DNA from: Endomicrobiales bacterium
Lineage (GTDB): Bacteria > Elusimicrobiota > Endomicrobiia > Endomicrobiales > JALOBY01
Length of the DNA stretch: 64,000 nucleotides
Assembly: GCA_963796955.1 (NCBI GenBank)
Contig: CAWCNJ010000003.1
Span: 96,546-160,545, forward strand
Direction: 5' to 3'
The translations under genes were made by a program, and so were the position numbers. The notes beneath the pieces were generated by a model. The model did no database searches, was not told the DNA's origin, and was given only the letters and a program-made list of their open reading frames with translations. This document shows, one piece after another, positions 40,435-50,591 of the stretch; within the stretch, counting starts at the first letter, position 1; every line of letters starts with the position of its first letter.

Positions 40435-41247
40435 ATGCCACAGCAATACGGCGTCCATCTTGAGTCTTTCGAAGGTCCACTGGACCTGCTGCTGCACCTG
40501 ATAAAGAAAAGCGATCTTGATATCAAGGATATTTCCGTCGGCGCCATTACGCAGGAATTCCTGGATTATATCGAGTTGATGAAAGAGATGAACCTGGACG
40601 TCGCCGGCGAGTTCCTGGTCATGGCTTCAACGCTGATGCAGATAAAGGCAAAAATGCTGCTGCCGGCCGGTGAGGAAGACGAGAGCGAAGGACCGGACCC
40701 GCTGGAAGACCTTAAAGCCCGGCTGCTGGAATATCAGCGCTACAAGGAAGTCGGCTCATCCCTGGCCGTTAAGGAAATGGCGAACGCCGATCTCTATTAC
40801 CGCGATAATCCGATCGTCAACAAGGAAGATTTCGTCCTGGACGCTTCGCTGTTCGACCTGATGGAATGCTTTCGCAAGGTGCTGGTGGAACTGCCGAGCG
40901 ATATCAAAGAGATCGTTTATAAAGAGATCCCGATAGAGGAAAGGATCCGGGACATCCTGGACCTGCTGGAAGATAAGGATTTTATAAGCTTCGAAGACGT
41001 GCTGCGCCGGGAAACCACGCGCCGCGGTGTCATCATAAGCTTTCTCGCCGTATTAGAACTTATACGCCTTAAACAGGTACTCGCGCGCCAGAGCGATCAG
41101 TTCGGCGAAGTACGTGTCTACCGCGTAAAAGAAGACGACGGCCGCCAATTGCCGCTGATGGACAACCTGCGCGGCGACGGTTCGCAGGAACCTGAAAAAT
41201 TTGAGATCATGATCATACCGGCCCACGATAGAGGCGTAGAGGAGTGA
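40435..41247 (+). CDS. scpA: Segregation and condensation protein A
   Basis: FEGPLDLLLHLI, EFLVMASTLMQIKAKMLLP, FLAVLEL. Confidence 0.95.
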   Translation: MPQQYGVHLESFEGPLDLLLHLIKKSDLDIKDISVGAITQEFLDYIELMKEMNLDVAGEFLVMASTLMQIKAKMLLPAGEEDESEGPDPLEDLKARLLEYQRYKEVGSSLAVKEMANADLYYRDNPIVNKEDFVLDASLFDLMECFRKVLVELPSDIKEIVYKEIPIEERIRDILDLLEDKDFISFEDVLRRETTRRGVIISFLAVLELIRLKQVLARQSDQFGEVRVYRVKEDDGRQLPLMDNLRGDGSQEPEKFEIMIIPAHDRGVEE

Positions 41248-41249
41248 AC

Positions 41250-41882
41250 ATGGAAGCCCCCGAAGTTAAACGGATAATCGAAGCGTTGCTGTTCATCACC
41301 GACCGGCCGCTGCCCCTGGTGGTTATAAAAGATACGCTGGGCGATTCTCTCGGCGAGCATGACTGCGAACAGTTGGTAAAGGAAATAGCCGACGAATACG
41401 CGCAGCGCAATTCCCCGATGGAATTGCATTTTATCGCGGGCGGCTGGCAGTTCGCGACCCGAAAGGAATTCAGCCCCTGGATACGCAGGCTGTACCGGGA
41501 AAAAGCAACGCTGAAGCTTTCTCCTTCGGCTCTGGAAACACTTGCGATAATCGCCTACAAACAGCCCATCACCCGCGCCGAGATCGAAGAGATACGCGGT
41601 GTAGAAACTTCCGGCGTGATAGAAACGATCTTGGAGAGAAAACTCGTCAAGATCGTCGGCAGGAAAGAAACGATCGGCCGGCCGCTGCTGTACGGGACCA
41701 CACAGGAATTTTTGCGCCATTTCGGATTGAGCCACTTAAGCGAGATGCCATCCGTCGAAGAGCTGGCGCCGCCTGATGAAGCGGCCATCGCTGAAAAGAT
41801 CCAGGAAGCGGAAGAGAACCAGCAGGAGCTGACCCTGGCGCCTGAGCCGGTCGCTGCCGAGATCCCGCAGGAAAATACATGA
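41250..41882 (+). CDS. scpB: Segregation and condensation protein B
   Basis: IEALLF, ALETLAIIAYKQPITRAEIEEIRGV, GRPLLYGTT..FL..FGL. Confidence 0.95.
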   Translation: MEAPEVKRIIEALLFITDRPLPLVVIKDTLGDSLGEHDCEQLVKEIADEYAQRNSPMELHFIAGGWQFATRKEFSPWIRRLYREKATLKLSPSALETLAIIAYKQPITRAEIEEIRGVETSGVIETILERKLVKIVGRKETIGRPLLYGTTQEFLRHFGLSHLSEMPSVEELAPPDEAAIAEKIQEAEENQQELTLAPEPVAAEIPQENT

Positions 41883-42793
41883 TATCGCTCTCTACCGCGT
41901 TCCATATCGATTCGCACACCACCTGGAAGAGTTTGCTTGATGACACCCTGCGCATGGGGTACCGTTCCGTTGAATTGAGCGTTAAAGTGCCGGAAGGCTG
42001 GCTGAACGATATTGAAGCTTCCGTCGCGCAAAACGAGGTTACAATATCCAGCGTTCATAATTACTGCCCGAGGCTCGATAATCTTCCGCCGAACAGGACC
42101 GTCTATTCTGGTTACATCCTTACTGCCGACGACGAAGAGGAACGCAGGCTCGCTCTGGATCTGACCCTTAAGTCCATAGAAACGGCCGCCAGAGTGCGCG
42201 CGAAAGTTCTGGTGGTGCATGCCGGGCAGATCTCCACCGAGCCAAGCGGCCCCCAGGTACACGGTTATATCCACCAGTTCGGCCCTACCGGCTCGCTCAA
42301 AGAGCAGATCTTCGCCTCTTTCAGGGAAGATCGCGCCCGGAAAGCGCCGAAAGTGATGTCATTACTTATGAAGGCTCTTGATGTGATATTGCCGGCTGCC
42401 GAGAAAGCGGGGATCATGGTCGGCCTGGAAAACCGTTATTATGTGCACGAAGTGCCGGATACCACAGAGACGATCGCGCTGCTGGACAAGTTCAAAGGCG
42501 CGCCGCTGGGATACTGGCACGATACTGGGCACGCGGAAACGTTTGTGCGTATTGGTTGGGTTAAGAACCATGTAGATATGATCGAGCCTTTAAAAGATCA
42601 TCTCGTCGGTTTCCATCTGCATGATATGAAGCGGCTGCAGGACCATTACGCGCCCGGCAGCGGCGATCTTGATTTTGACGTTTTGAAACCGTATATTAAA
42701 GCGTCTCAATGCAAGGTAGTGGAAGCCCATAACAAATCCACTTCCCAGGAAGTATCGCGCGCTATTCCATTCCTGCAGGAAAAAGGTTTTTGA
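41879..42793 (+). CDS. Sugar phosphate isomerase/epimerase-like TIM barrel protein
   Basis: SVHN, VVHAG, GLENR, WHDTGHA, FHLHD, DHYAPGSG. Confidence 0.8.
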   Translation: MISLSTAFHIDSHTTWKSLLDDTLRMGYRSVELSVKVPEGWLNDIEASVAQNEVTISSVHNYCPRLDNLPPNRTVYSGYILTADDEEERRLALDLTLKSIETAARVRAKVLVVHAGQISTEPSGPQVHGYIHQFGPTGSLKEQIFASFREDRARKAPKVMSLLMKALDVILPAAEKAGIMVGLENRYYVHEVPDTTETIALLDKFKGAPLGYWHDTGHAETFVRIGWVKNHVDMIEPLKDHLVGFHLHDMKRLQDHYAPGSGDLDFDVLKPYIKASQCKVVEAHNKSTSQEVSRAIPFLQEKGF

Positions 42794-42815
42794 CGGCTGT
42801 TTTATCGGAGGAATT

Positions 42816-43814
42816 ATGTCAGAACTAAGAAAAGATCCTATCACTGCCAGGTGGGTTATCATTTCCTCCGAAAGGGGAAAGCGACCCTCTGAATTCTGCG
42901 AAACGGATGAGATAACCAGCCCCAAGGCCTGCCCCTTTTGCCCCGGCCATGAAGCCATGACCCCGCCCGAGATAGCCGCGATCGGTCCGGCAGGCCGGTC
43001 TCGGAATACGGCCGGTTGGGATATTCGTATCGTGCCGAATAAGTTCCCCGCGCTCAGCGTTGACATTCAAACCTCGCGCCAGGGCGAAGGTATGTACGAC
43101 AGGATGAGCGGCGTCGGCGCCCACGAGGTTATCATAGAGACGAACGATCATTTGCAGCGCTTCCATGAATTCAGCGACAAACATATTGAAGATATTTTGT
43201 GGCTGTACCGAGAGCGTATCATAGACCTGAAACACGACACGCGCCTTGAATATATGCTGCTGTTCAAGAATTCCGGTTCAGCCGCCGGCGCCACTCTTTC
43301 ACACCAGCACAGCCAGCTGATAGCGACCCCGGTAGTGCCTAAAAGGGTGCGCGAGGAGATCGCGGGCGCCAAAAGCTATTATGAATACAAAGAGCGCTGT
43401 GTGTACTGCGATATCATCCATCAGGAATTATCCAATCCCCTGCGCATCGTCGGCGAGAACGAGCATTTTATCGCCCTGTGTCCTTTCGCTTCCCGTTTTC
43501 CTTTTGAAGTATGGGTCCTGCCTAAAAACCACTCTTCCCATTATGAGAACCTGCAAAGATACGAGGCGGCAAGCCTTGCCCAGCTGTTGAAGAACGTTTT
43601 GGCCCGCCAGGCGACCGTGCTGGATAATCCGCCGTTCAATTTCATCATCCACAACACCCCGCCCAAAGAATACAGCACGCCGCACTATCACTGGCATTTG
43701 GAAATAATGCCGAAATTGACGCGTGTCGCAGGCTTTGAATGGGGAACCGGTTTTTACATCAACCCTACGCCGCCGGAAGAAGCGGCTAAATTCCTGCGGG
43801 ACGCCGAAGTATGA
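42816..43814 (+). CDS. galT: GalT-family hexose-1-phosphate nucleotidyltransferase
   Basis: ELRKDPIT.RW, CPFCPGHE, PNKFPAL, GAHEVIIE, GATLSHQHSQ, AGFEWGTG. Confidence 0.9.
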   Translation: MSELRKDPITARWVIISSERGKRPSEFCETDEITSPKACPFCPGHEAMTPPEIAAIGPAGRSRNTAGWDIRIVPNKFPALSVDIQTSRQGEGMYDRMSGVGAHEVIIETNDHLQRFHEFSDKHIEDILWLYRERIIDLKHDTRLEYMLLFKNSGSAAGATLSHQHSQLIATPVVPKRVREEIAGAKSYYEYKERCVYCDIIHQELSNPLRIVGENEHFIALCPFASRFPFEVWVLPKNHSSHYENLQRYEAASLAQLLKNVLARQATVLDNPPFNFIIHNTPPKEYSTPHYHWHLEIMPKLTRVAGFEWGTGFYINPTPPEEAAKFLRDAEV

Positions 43815-45274
43815 ACATCGTGATGGCGGCCGGCGAGTGCGTGCCGTTCATTAAGGTCGGGGGCCTCGCGGATGTTGTCGGTACCCTTTCGATCGCCTTA
43901 AAAGAAAAGAAGCACGATGTGCGCGTCTTTCTACCCCGCTACCAGAAGATCGACAGAAAAAAATACCAGCTTAAAAAATTGCCGCAGCGCGTTATGATAC
44001 CTTTAGGGAATGGTACCTGGCATGTGGCGGCGCTCAGCACCACGAAGATAAAAGGCGTGACGTTCTATTTTGTGGAGAACGGCCATTTTTTTGACCGGCC
44101 CGAGGTTTACGGCGACGCGGGCGGCGATTATTCCGATAATCACGAGCGCTATATTTTCTTCCAGCGGGCCGTGCTGGAATTCACCAAGGCCCTGCAGTTT
44201 AAACCCGACACGATCCACTGCCACGACTGGCAGACCGGACTAATCCCGGTGTATCTGAAAACCGTGTATAAGAACGATCAGTTCTACGACCAGACTGCGA
44301 CGGTATTCTCTATCCATAACATCGCCTATCACGGCAGGTTCCCGGCCGAAGTAATGGAGACGGCCGGCATACCCTGGAGTGAATATACCTTCGACAAAAT
44401 GGAACACTTCGACACGGTGAACTTCCTGAAATCAGGTATCAATTACGCCGATATGATAGCGACCGTCAGCCCCAGCTACGCCGAGGAAATACAGACGCCG
44501 CAATACGGCTGCGAACTGGATCCGGTAATTACCAAAAGGAAAGACCGGCTGGTAGGCATACTTAACGGCATCGATTATACGTACTGGAACCCTTCCTCAG
44601 ATGAGATGATCGCTGCCACCTTTGACGTTAAAAAGCCGGAGGGAAAAGAGACCTGCAAACGCCGGCTGCAGGCCATGGAGGGTTTTAAGCAGGATCCCTC
44701 CGCGTTCCTTATCGGTTGCGTCTCACGCTTTGATGCACAAAAAGGTTTTGATCTTATCGTTGAGTCGATTCACCATCTCATGAGACAGAACACGCAGCTG
44801 GCGGTGCTCGGCAGGGGCAGCCGTGTCCTTGAAGAAGCAATGGGGGAAATGGCGCGCGTGTACCCCGGACGCATAACGGTCTGCAATGAATTTAACGAGT
44901 CGCTGGCCCATAAGATATATGCCGGATCCGATGCCTTCCTGATGCCTTCACGGTTTGAGCCCTGCGGGCTCAGCCAGATGATCGCGCTTGCCTACGGGAC
45001 CGTGCCGATCGTGCATAAAACCGGCGGGCTGTCCGACACGATAACCCACTTTTCCGTCTCTACGGGCCTTGGCAACGGTTTCGTCTTCAATTATCCCGAA
45101 CGGATGGAGTTGACGGGCGCTTTCGATGTTGCGGAACGCACGTTCCGCGATAAACCTGTCTGGAAAAAACTTCAGCAGAATTGTTTCGCGTCCCTATTCC
45201 CATGGGACCGTTCCGCCGACCGGTATGTCGAACTCTACCACACCGCTAAACTCTTCAAACATACCCGCAGATGA
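43811..45274 (+). CDS. glgA: Glycogen synthase
   Basis: KVGGLADV, HCHDWQT, IHNIAYHG, GILNGID, MPSRFEPCGLSQ, TGGLSDT. Confidence 0.96.
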   Translation: MNIVMAAGECVPFIKVGGLADVVGTLSIALKEKKHDVRVFLPRYQKIDRKKYQLKKLPQRVMIPLGNGTWHVAALSTTKIKGVTFYFVENGHFFDRPEVYGDAGGDYSDNHERYIFFQRAVLEFTKALQFKPDTIHCHDWQTGLIPVYLKTVYKNDQFYDQTATVFSIHNIAYHGRFPAEVMETAGIPWSEYTFDKMEHFDTVNFLKSGINYADMIATVSPSYAEEIQTPQYGCELDPVITKRKDRLVGILNGIDYTYWNPSSDEMIAATFDVKKPEGKETCKRRLQAMEGFKQDPSAFLIGCVSRFDAQKGFDLIVESIHHLMRQNTQLAVLGRGSRVLEEAMGEMARVYPGRITVCNEFNESLAHKIYAGSDAFLMPSRFEPCGLSQMIALAYGTVPIVHKTGGLSDTITHFSVSTGLGNGFVFNYPERMELTGAFDVAERTFRDKPVWKKLQQNCFASLFPWDRSADRYVELYHTAKLFKHTRR

Positions 45275-46973
45275 AAAAAAACCTTCTGTCACCGCCGCTG
45301 GCAGCCGCCGCGCTGTGCGTGCTTATCGTTGTCGGTTGGGCCGGCTACACCCTGGTGCAGCGTTCAGCTGCCGAAAGAAAAAACAATACCGTCGAACTAT
45401 GCCTTGACTGGTCGGAGCTCTCCGACCTGTGTTACCGCAACAATTACCCGGTCGGGACGTTCCTGGGCAGGGCGCAGGCGATCGGTGTCGCGAGCGTTTC
45501 CCTAGACGAAGAGACGCTTGGTTCTCTGGTCCGTTCCGGGAAAGTTTTGTATTTCGCACGCAATGAATACCAGAATCTGAAACTGCTGGACCTGCTGGAG
45601 CCGGGCGCCAACATTCAGGGAGAATCCCTGCTTACCGCCGATACTATTTTTGCCGAACAGCTGAAACGGCAGTTGGCGGCCCGTCATCATCTTCCGCTCA
45701 AGGCGGGCACGTACGGTAAATATACCGTCCTGTCCCTGAACTTTCAGGAGGGTAAGGCGCCCTCTTTCTGGAATGAGTCGATCCCCCTTGGCGTCTCTCC
45801 CGATAAGGTGCGCGCTATCACCGTCGCAGATCTTAAAGTGGTTATCCGGCCCGCGAACCTTAATGACGCGTATGTCTGTTTTCAGGATACCGATACTTCA
45901 TTAATATCGGGTTTCATGAGCGACGGCAAAGAAGTACCGGGCTATCCGGGCGCCGAGCAATTGTTCGCCATGCGGCTGCGTCAGTACGGCATAAAACAGG
46001 TGCCGCTGGAGTTTTCTCAGGTGTACGGTTCCGCCGCCCTGGAAGCCGCGGCGCCGGAGCTCATAGTGCGCGGGCATACGGTCACCGTTCCTGAAATGAA
46101 TAAGAACCTGAGCGGAACGTTCTGGATCGCCCGTTTCCGCCGCGCGGCACGGGAGCGCGGCCTGCGCTTTATGTATGTTCATCTGTGGGCCAACAAGAAC
46201 ACGGAAGATAATTTAATGTATGTGCGTTCTCTCGCACAACGTTTAAAGAACGACGGCTTCATTCTCGGCGAAACCCGTCCCCCCGCGTATCCGGCACGGG
46301 GGCGCCTGCCCTCTGGTCGCATCTTGCCTTGTTGCTGGCGTGCACGGGCCCCATAGCCGCATTTATGGTTGGTAAGCAGCTGCCGGGAAGACCCGTTCTG
46401 CAATATGCCATGGTAAACCTGGTTACCTTCGCGACGGCGCTGACCGTGGGCGCGTGTCTGTATGATGTTCTTTTCATGCAGAAAGTCGCCGATGTGCCGG
46501 GCGTCAAGCTCGCCATGCTGCTGCCGCTCGCTGTAGCCGCCTTCATTGTCTATAAACCTGAACAGATAAAAGCCGCCATGCAGTTCCAGCTGAAAGTCTG
46601 GCATCTGCTGGCCGCGTTGGCGGCGATAGGCGTGGCCGTGATAATGCTGGCGCGCAGCGGCAATTATTCTGCCGATTGGATGCATCCCGACAGCGGTCTG
46701 CGTTCAACGCTGGAGAACCTGCTTACGATCAGACCGCGCACCAAGGAATTACTGATCGGCCAGCCGCTGCTCTATCTCGGTTTCGCCTTCGGCTCTCCTC
46801 TTTTAACCCTGATCGGATTCATCGGCCAGATCTCGATAGTCAATACCTTTATGCACGCCCATTCGCCGCTCGTTGTTTCAGTGATACGCACCGTTTACGG
46901 ACAGGTCTTAGGGTTGCTTGCGGGCCTTGCGGCGGCTTTTATGTACCGGCGCTTTTCCGGCAATAAAAAATGA
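45271..46973 (+). pseudogene. DUF5693-family membrane protein, frameshifted at G5 run 46298-46302
   Basis: AERKNNTVEL, GKEVPGYP, RAARERGLR in the first frame; GVKL, RSGN, RPRTKELLIG, GQISIVNTFMHAHSP in the second. One extra G restores the frame; precedes csaB. Confidence 0.75.
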
Positions 46974-47986
46974 AATTCCTTATCTGCGGCTATTATGGTT
47001 TCGGCAACGCGGGCGATGAGCTGTTGCTTTCTTCAACGATACAATTACTGCATGCCGCGCATCATGCTCCCGATATCTGCGTATTATCAAAAGAGCCCCG
47101 CCAGACGATGAAAGAACATCCCGTGCACGCCGTCTCAAGAAACAATCCCTTCGCGATCATTCATCAAGTCACAACGGCCGAACGGGTCATTATCGGCGGC
47201 GGGGGATTACTGCAGGATTTCACCGGTCCGCTGACGCTGTACTATTACCTGGCGATAGCGTTCGCAGGGATCATATGCAAAAAACGAACCGTTTTTCACG
47301 CTATCGGCGCTAATGAACTTAACGCTTTTAACGCGCGCCTGTGCAGCTTTGTATTGAACCGTTGTGCAGTTGTGTCGGTGCGGGATAAACGGTCCGCAGA
47401 ATTGCTGAGCCGCTGGGGTGTTGAAATTTCCAAAATTTCACTGACGGCCGATCCTGTGTTCGCCCTCTCCGCTATCTTACAACCTCAGCCGCGATCGGTG
47501 GTGTTGCTTGTCCTGCGGCATAATTCAAATATCTCACGTTACCTTAAGGCTCTGCCTGCCGTTGAAAAGCTGGCCGCGGCAAAGATCGTGGTCCTGCCCT
47601 TTCAGCCCGGCCGCGACGGTACTATCAGCATAGAATTGTCCAGAGCCGTGCCTGAGAGTGTGAGCCTGGGCCTTTGGCACGACCTGCCGAGCCTGGTGTG
47701 CCGGTTCGACGAATGCGCTCTGGTGATCGCCGAGCGCTATCACGCCCTGGTACTGGCGGCCATGCGGGGTGTGCCGGCGATCTGTGTTTCCGACGATGAT
47801 AAACTGATCCGCTTCGCCCGCGAATGCGACTACCCGGTGCTGCGGCCATCCGACAATTTCGATCCGACGGCCATTATCGCCCTGGTTGAACGCCTCTGGA
47901 AATACCGCGAAACTTTGAGAACCACCCTCCTGCGCAAGTCTGCCGCCCAAAACGAACTCGCCAGAAAAAATCCTGCCCTGGTATAA
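46970..47986 (+). CDS. csaB: Polysaccharide pyruvyl transferase CsaB
   Basis: GYYGFGNAGDE, GGGGLLQD, SVRD, RYHALV. Confidence 0.85.
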   Translation: MKFLICGYYGFGNAGDELLLSSTIQLLHAAHHAPDICVLSKEPRQTMKEHPVHAVSRNNPFAIIHQVTTAERVIIGGGGLLQDFTGPLTLYYYLAIAFAGIICKKRTVFHAIGANELNAFNARLCSFVLNRCAVVSVRDKRSAELLSRWGVEISKISLTADPVFALSAILQPQPRSVVLLVLRHNSNISRYLKALPAVEKLAAAKIVVLPFQPGRDGTISIELSRAVPESVSLGLWHDLPSLVCRFDECALVIAERYHALVLAAMRGVPAICVSDDDKLIRFARECDYPVLRPSDNFDPTAIIALVERLWKYRETLRTTLLRKSAAQNELARKNPALV

Positions 47987-48062
47987 CACACCTGTGAAAA
48001 TCGTCAGCACAAGGGTGAGCCTTCCTATGTAAGGTCTGCGCCTGATTTTGAATAATAATACT

Positions 48063-49799
48063 ATGAGAGGATATTTTCTTAAACTATTATTATTTTATAT
48101 ATTGGTACTAACGTTCATCCCGAATATCGGATGGGCCTTTAACTATGTTTTGGGCGATGATCTATACCCGTATTCCACGGAGCCCATGCCCGGCAAAGGC
48201 GCATCGTACGTTGACACGAAATATAATACCAAAGTTACGCGCATGACCAATAGCGCCTTGGAACACGGCTCCGCCTGGGGGAGTGTAACAGAATATTCAA
48301 CCTTCAGTCCTGAATCTTCTGACGGCAACTGGCTTGTTGTGGAAGGTATCTCAAGCCTTTCACAATCGAGCGGCTATTACTTATACACCGCCGCGGGCGG
48401 CTATGTAGGTAGTTTGTCGCCATACATACAATTGTGGAACGGACAGGAGCCCGAGGTCAGGTGGGATAATTCCGGTGTGCACCCGTCCTGGCTGTATTAC
48501 CGTAAGGACAAACAACTGAGATATTATGACGTTGCCGATCGCTCGGACCACCTGGTGCATGATTTCTCGGCTGATTTTCCCGGGTATGATGCGACCTATT
48601 TTGTCTGGAACGGTGACGAAGGGAATTGTTCTGAAAACTCCCGGTACTGGGCGTTTATGCTCGGGACGTCAAATACGAATATAATCCTGACATTCACCTA
48701 CGACAAGACGCAGGATAAAGTGATCGCTTCGCATCCGGTGAACGGTCACGCTCCGAACAATGTGTTCATGTCCAAAAGCGGCGATTATGTGTATGTCGCT
48801 TATTCGGCGACGGCCGGCGGCGGCGAGTACGATGGGCCGCACTGTTATAAGAAAGACTATTCCTCTAACGTTAAGATCTGCACCAGCGTGCCGCATGCCG
48901 TGCCCGTGTATGATGCTCAGGGAAATGAAGTGATCTTTTTCATGAACTCGACCGCGAATTTTCCCGATTACGTCCAGTTCGTGCGGTGCGATAACGGCGC
49001 GGTGTTTCCGCTGTACAATCAGGCGAACCTCGGCTGGGATTCAGCGAACCTGCTGCATGCCGCGCCGGGGCTCTCAAAAAAAGGCTGGGGATTCGTTTCA
49101 ACGTATTCCATAGGCACCAGCCATACGTCCGACAAATGGGATTATAACCAGATATTCGCCTTCGAGCTCGACGAGACCAAGACCACATTGACCCCGGTAA
49201 AGCCGCGTATTTGGCGGGTGAGCTACACTCAGAATTTTCCTGCTTCCAGTTACTATTATAACCAGCCGAATGCTGCGATAACGAATGACGGACAGCGTAT
49301 CTACTGGGGCGCCAATTGGCGCGACAGCACGACGGGTAAAATGGAGGTTTACCGGGTTGACCTGCCTGCCACCTGGTATCAAGACTTTGGCGGCCAGCCC
49401 GCCGCCGCGAACAACGGTACGAATGGCGGGAACGGCACGGTGACGGGAACGGGGACCACACCGACAGGTGCAGGCACTGGCGGGGACACGGTTTCAGTCA
49501 TAGAAGGGGTAACACTATCCGCGAACACTATTAAAGTAATCGGTCCGGCCGGTTCTAAAGGCATAATAAATCCGAACAAAGGTGATATGGCGAAAATATA
49601 CTTCAAAGGCGCCGGCGCCGGCAGATACGAGTGCAGGGTCTTTTCTCTGACCGGCGCGATGGTGTGGGAAACCTCAATGGATTCTTCGGGAGTAGGCATG
49701 TTTGAATGGAAACCGCAGGATGCGGCCTCCGGGGGCTATGTAGTCTATGTGAAGGGCCCGGGCCTGAATGCAAAAGAAAAACTTGCCATAATCAAATAA
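48063..49799 (+). CDS. Secreted protein: beta-propeller-like domain, Gly/Thr/Asn linker and FlgD/T9SS-like C-terminal domain
   Basis: Signal peptide; Tyr/Trp/Asn-rich repeats (ESSDG.W, SKSGDY, TNDGQRI); NGTNGGNGTVTGTGTT linker; INPNKG...VFSLTGAMVW...ASGGYVVYV...KLAIIK. Confidence 0.7.
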   Translation: MRGYFLKLLLFYILVLTFIPNIGWAFNYVLGDDLYPYSTEPMPGKGASYVDTKYNTKVTRMTNSALEHGSAWGSVTEYSTFSPESSDGNWLVVEGISSLSQSSGYYLYTAAGGYVGSLSPYIQLWNGQEPEVRWDNSGVHPSWLYYRKDKQLRYYDVADRSDHLVHDFSADFPGYDATYFVWNGDEGNCSENSRYWAFMLGTSNTNIILTFTYDKTQDKVIASHPVNGHAPNNVFMSKSGDYVYVAYSATAGGGEYDGPHCYKKDYSSNVKICTSVPHAVPVYDAQGNEVIFFMNSTANFPDYVQFVRCDNGAVFPLYNQANLGWDSANLLHAAPGLSKKGWGFVSTYSIGTSHTSDKWDYNQIFAFELDETKTTLTPVKPRIWRVSYTQNFPASSYYYNQPNAAITNDGQRIYWGANWRDSTTGKMEVYRVDLPATWYQDFGGQPAAANNGTNGGNGTVTGTGTTPTGAGTGGDTVSVIEGVTLSANTIKVIGPAGSKGIINPNKGDMAKIYFKGAGAGRYECRVFSLTGAMVWETSMDSSGVGMFEWKPQDAASGGYVVYVKGPGLNAKEKLAIIK

Positions 49800-49830
49800 G
49801 GATCCGGTGTTTACCTAATGCCGTAAATTC

Positions 49831-49859
49831 TTTACAAAATCAATACAATTTAATATAAT
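49831..49859 (+). promoter_or_regulatory. Sigma70 promoter giving a probably leaderless ftsX transcript
   Basis: TTTACA (49831-36), 17 nt spacer, TATAAT (49854-59); ATG 49866 is 7 nt downstream with no SD. Confidence 0.65.
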
Positions 49860-49865
49860 TCACTT

Positions 49866-50591
49866 ATGAAATTACGACGTATTTATGCCCTTGGACTATG
49901 TGTAATTGGCGTGTTCGTGCTTGCGCTTGCGCTGAACGCGTATGCTACGGCCGGACGGGTATTCGGGCGGTTCTCGAATAACGCAAAAATAATAATATTT
50001 ATAAACGAAACCGGCAACCTGGAAATTATTCGCGAGAAGCTCGTGAATATGGACGGGCTTGCGGGTTTTGATTTTGTCGGCAAGGACAAGATCGCGCAGG
50101 ACGCAGATCTGATAAGCCCGACGATCAAGGAGATCCTTGAGACCGGCGAGAATCCCTTCACGCCGTATTATGTGGTCAAACCCAGGCGTACCACGCTGGC
50201 CAGCTATGAGGCCGTGGTCAAAGAATTAAAAGGCATCAAGGGCGCGGAAGATATCCGCTACGACGCTGAACTGGTTGAGATGACCCAGAACCTGGCGCGT
50301 TTCCTGCGCATTTACCGGCTTTCCGTGAAGGCGGCGCTGGCAGGCTGCATAGGTCTGATGGCGCTCTTTATCATCCTGCAAAATCTGTCCGGAAAATTTT
50401 CCGCCCGTAAGTACGGGCTGTACGCAGCGCTGGGGCTGGCCGCCGGCCTGGCCGGGACCGGGCTGTATTATTGGGTAGCCCGCAGCTCTATTATTTCGGT
50501 CGTCACTCAGTTGTCGCTCAAGCATATGATGATAACGGCGCCCGCGGGCCTGGTGATGGCGCTATTGCTCGCCGGTCTCGACAGCGAATAA
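49866..50591 (+). CDS. ftsX: FtsX-like membrane protein (divergent)
   Basis: TM1, periplasmic domain with GENPF and LKGIKGAEDIRY, three further TMs; directly upstream of an envC-like gene. Confidence 0.65.
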   Translation: MKLRRIYALGLCVIGVFVLALALNAYATAGRVFGRFSNNAKIIIFINETGNLEIIREKLVNMDGLAGFDFVGKDKIAQDADLISPTIKEILETGENPFTPYYVVKPRRTTLASYEAVVKELKGIKGAEDIRYDAELVEMTQNLARFLRIYRLSVKAALAGCIGLMALFIILQNLSGKFSARKYGLYAALGLAAGLAGTGLYYWVARSSIISVVTQLSLKHMMITAPAGLVMALLLAGLDSE

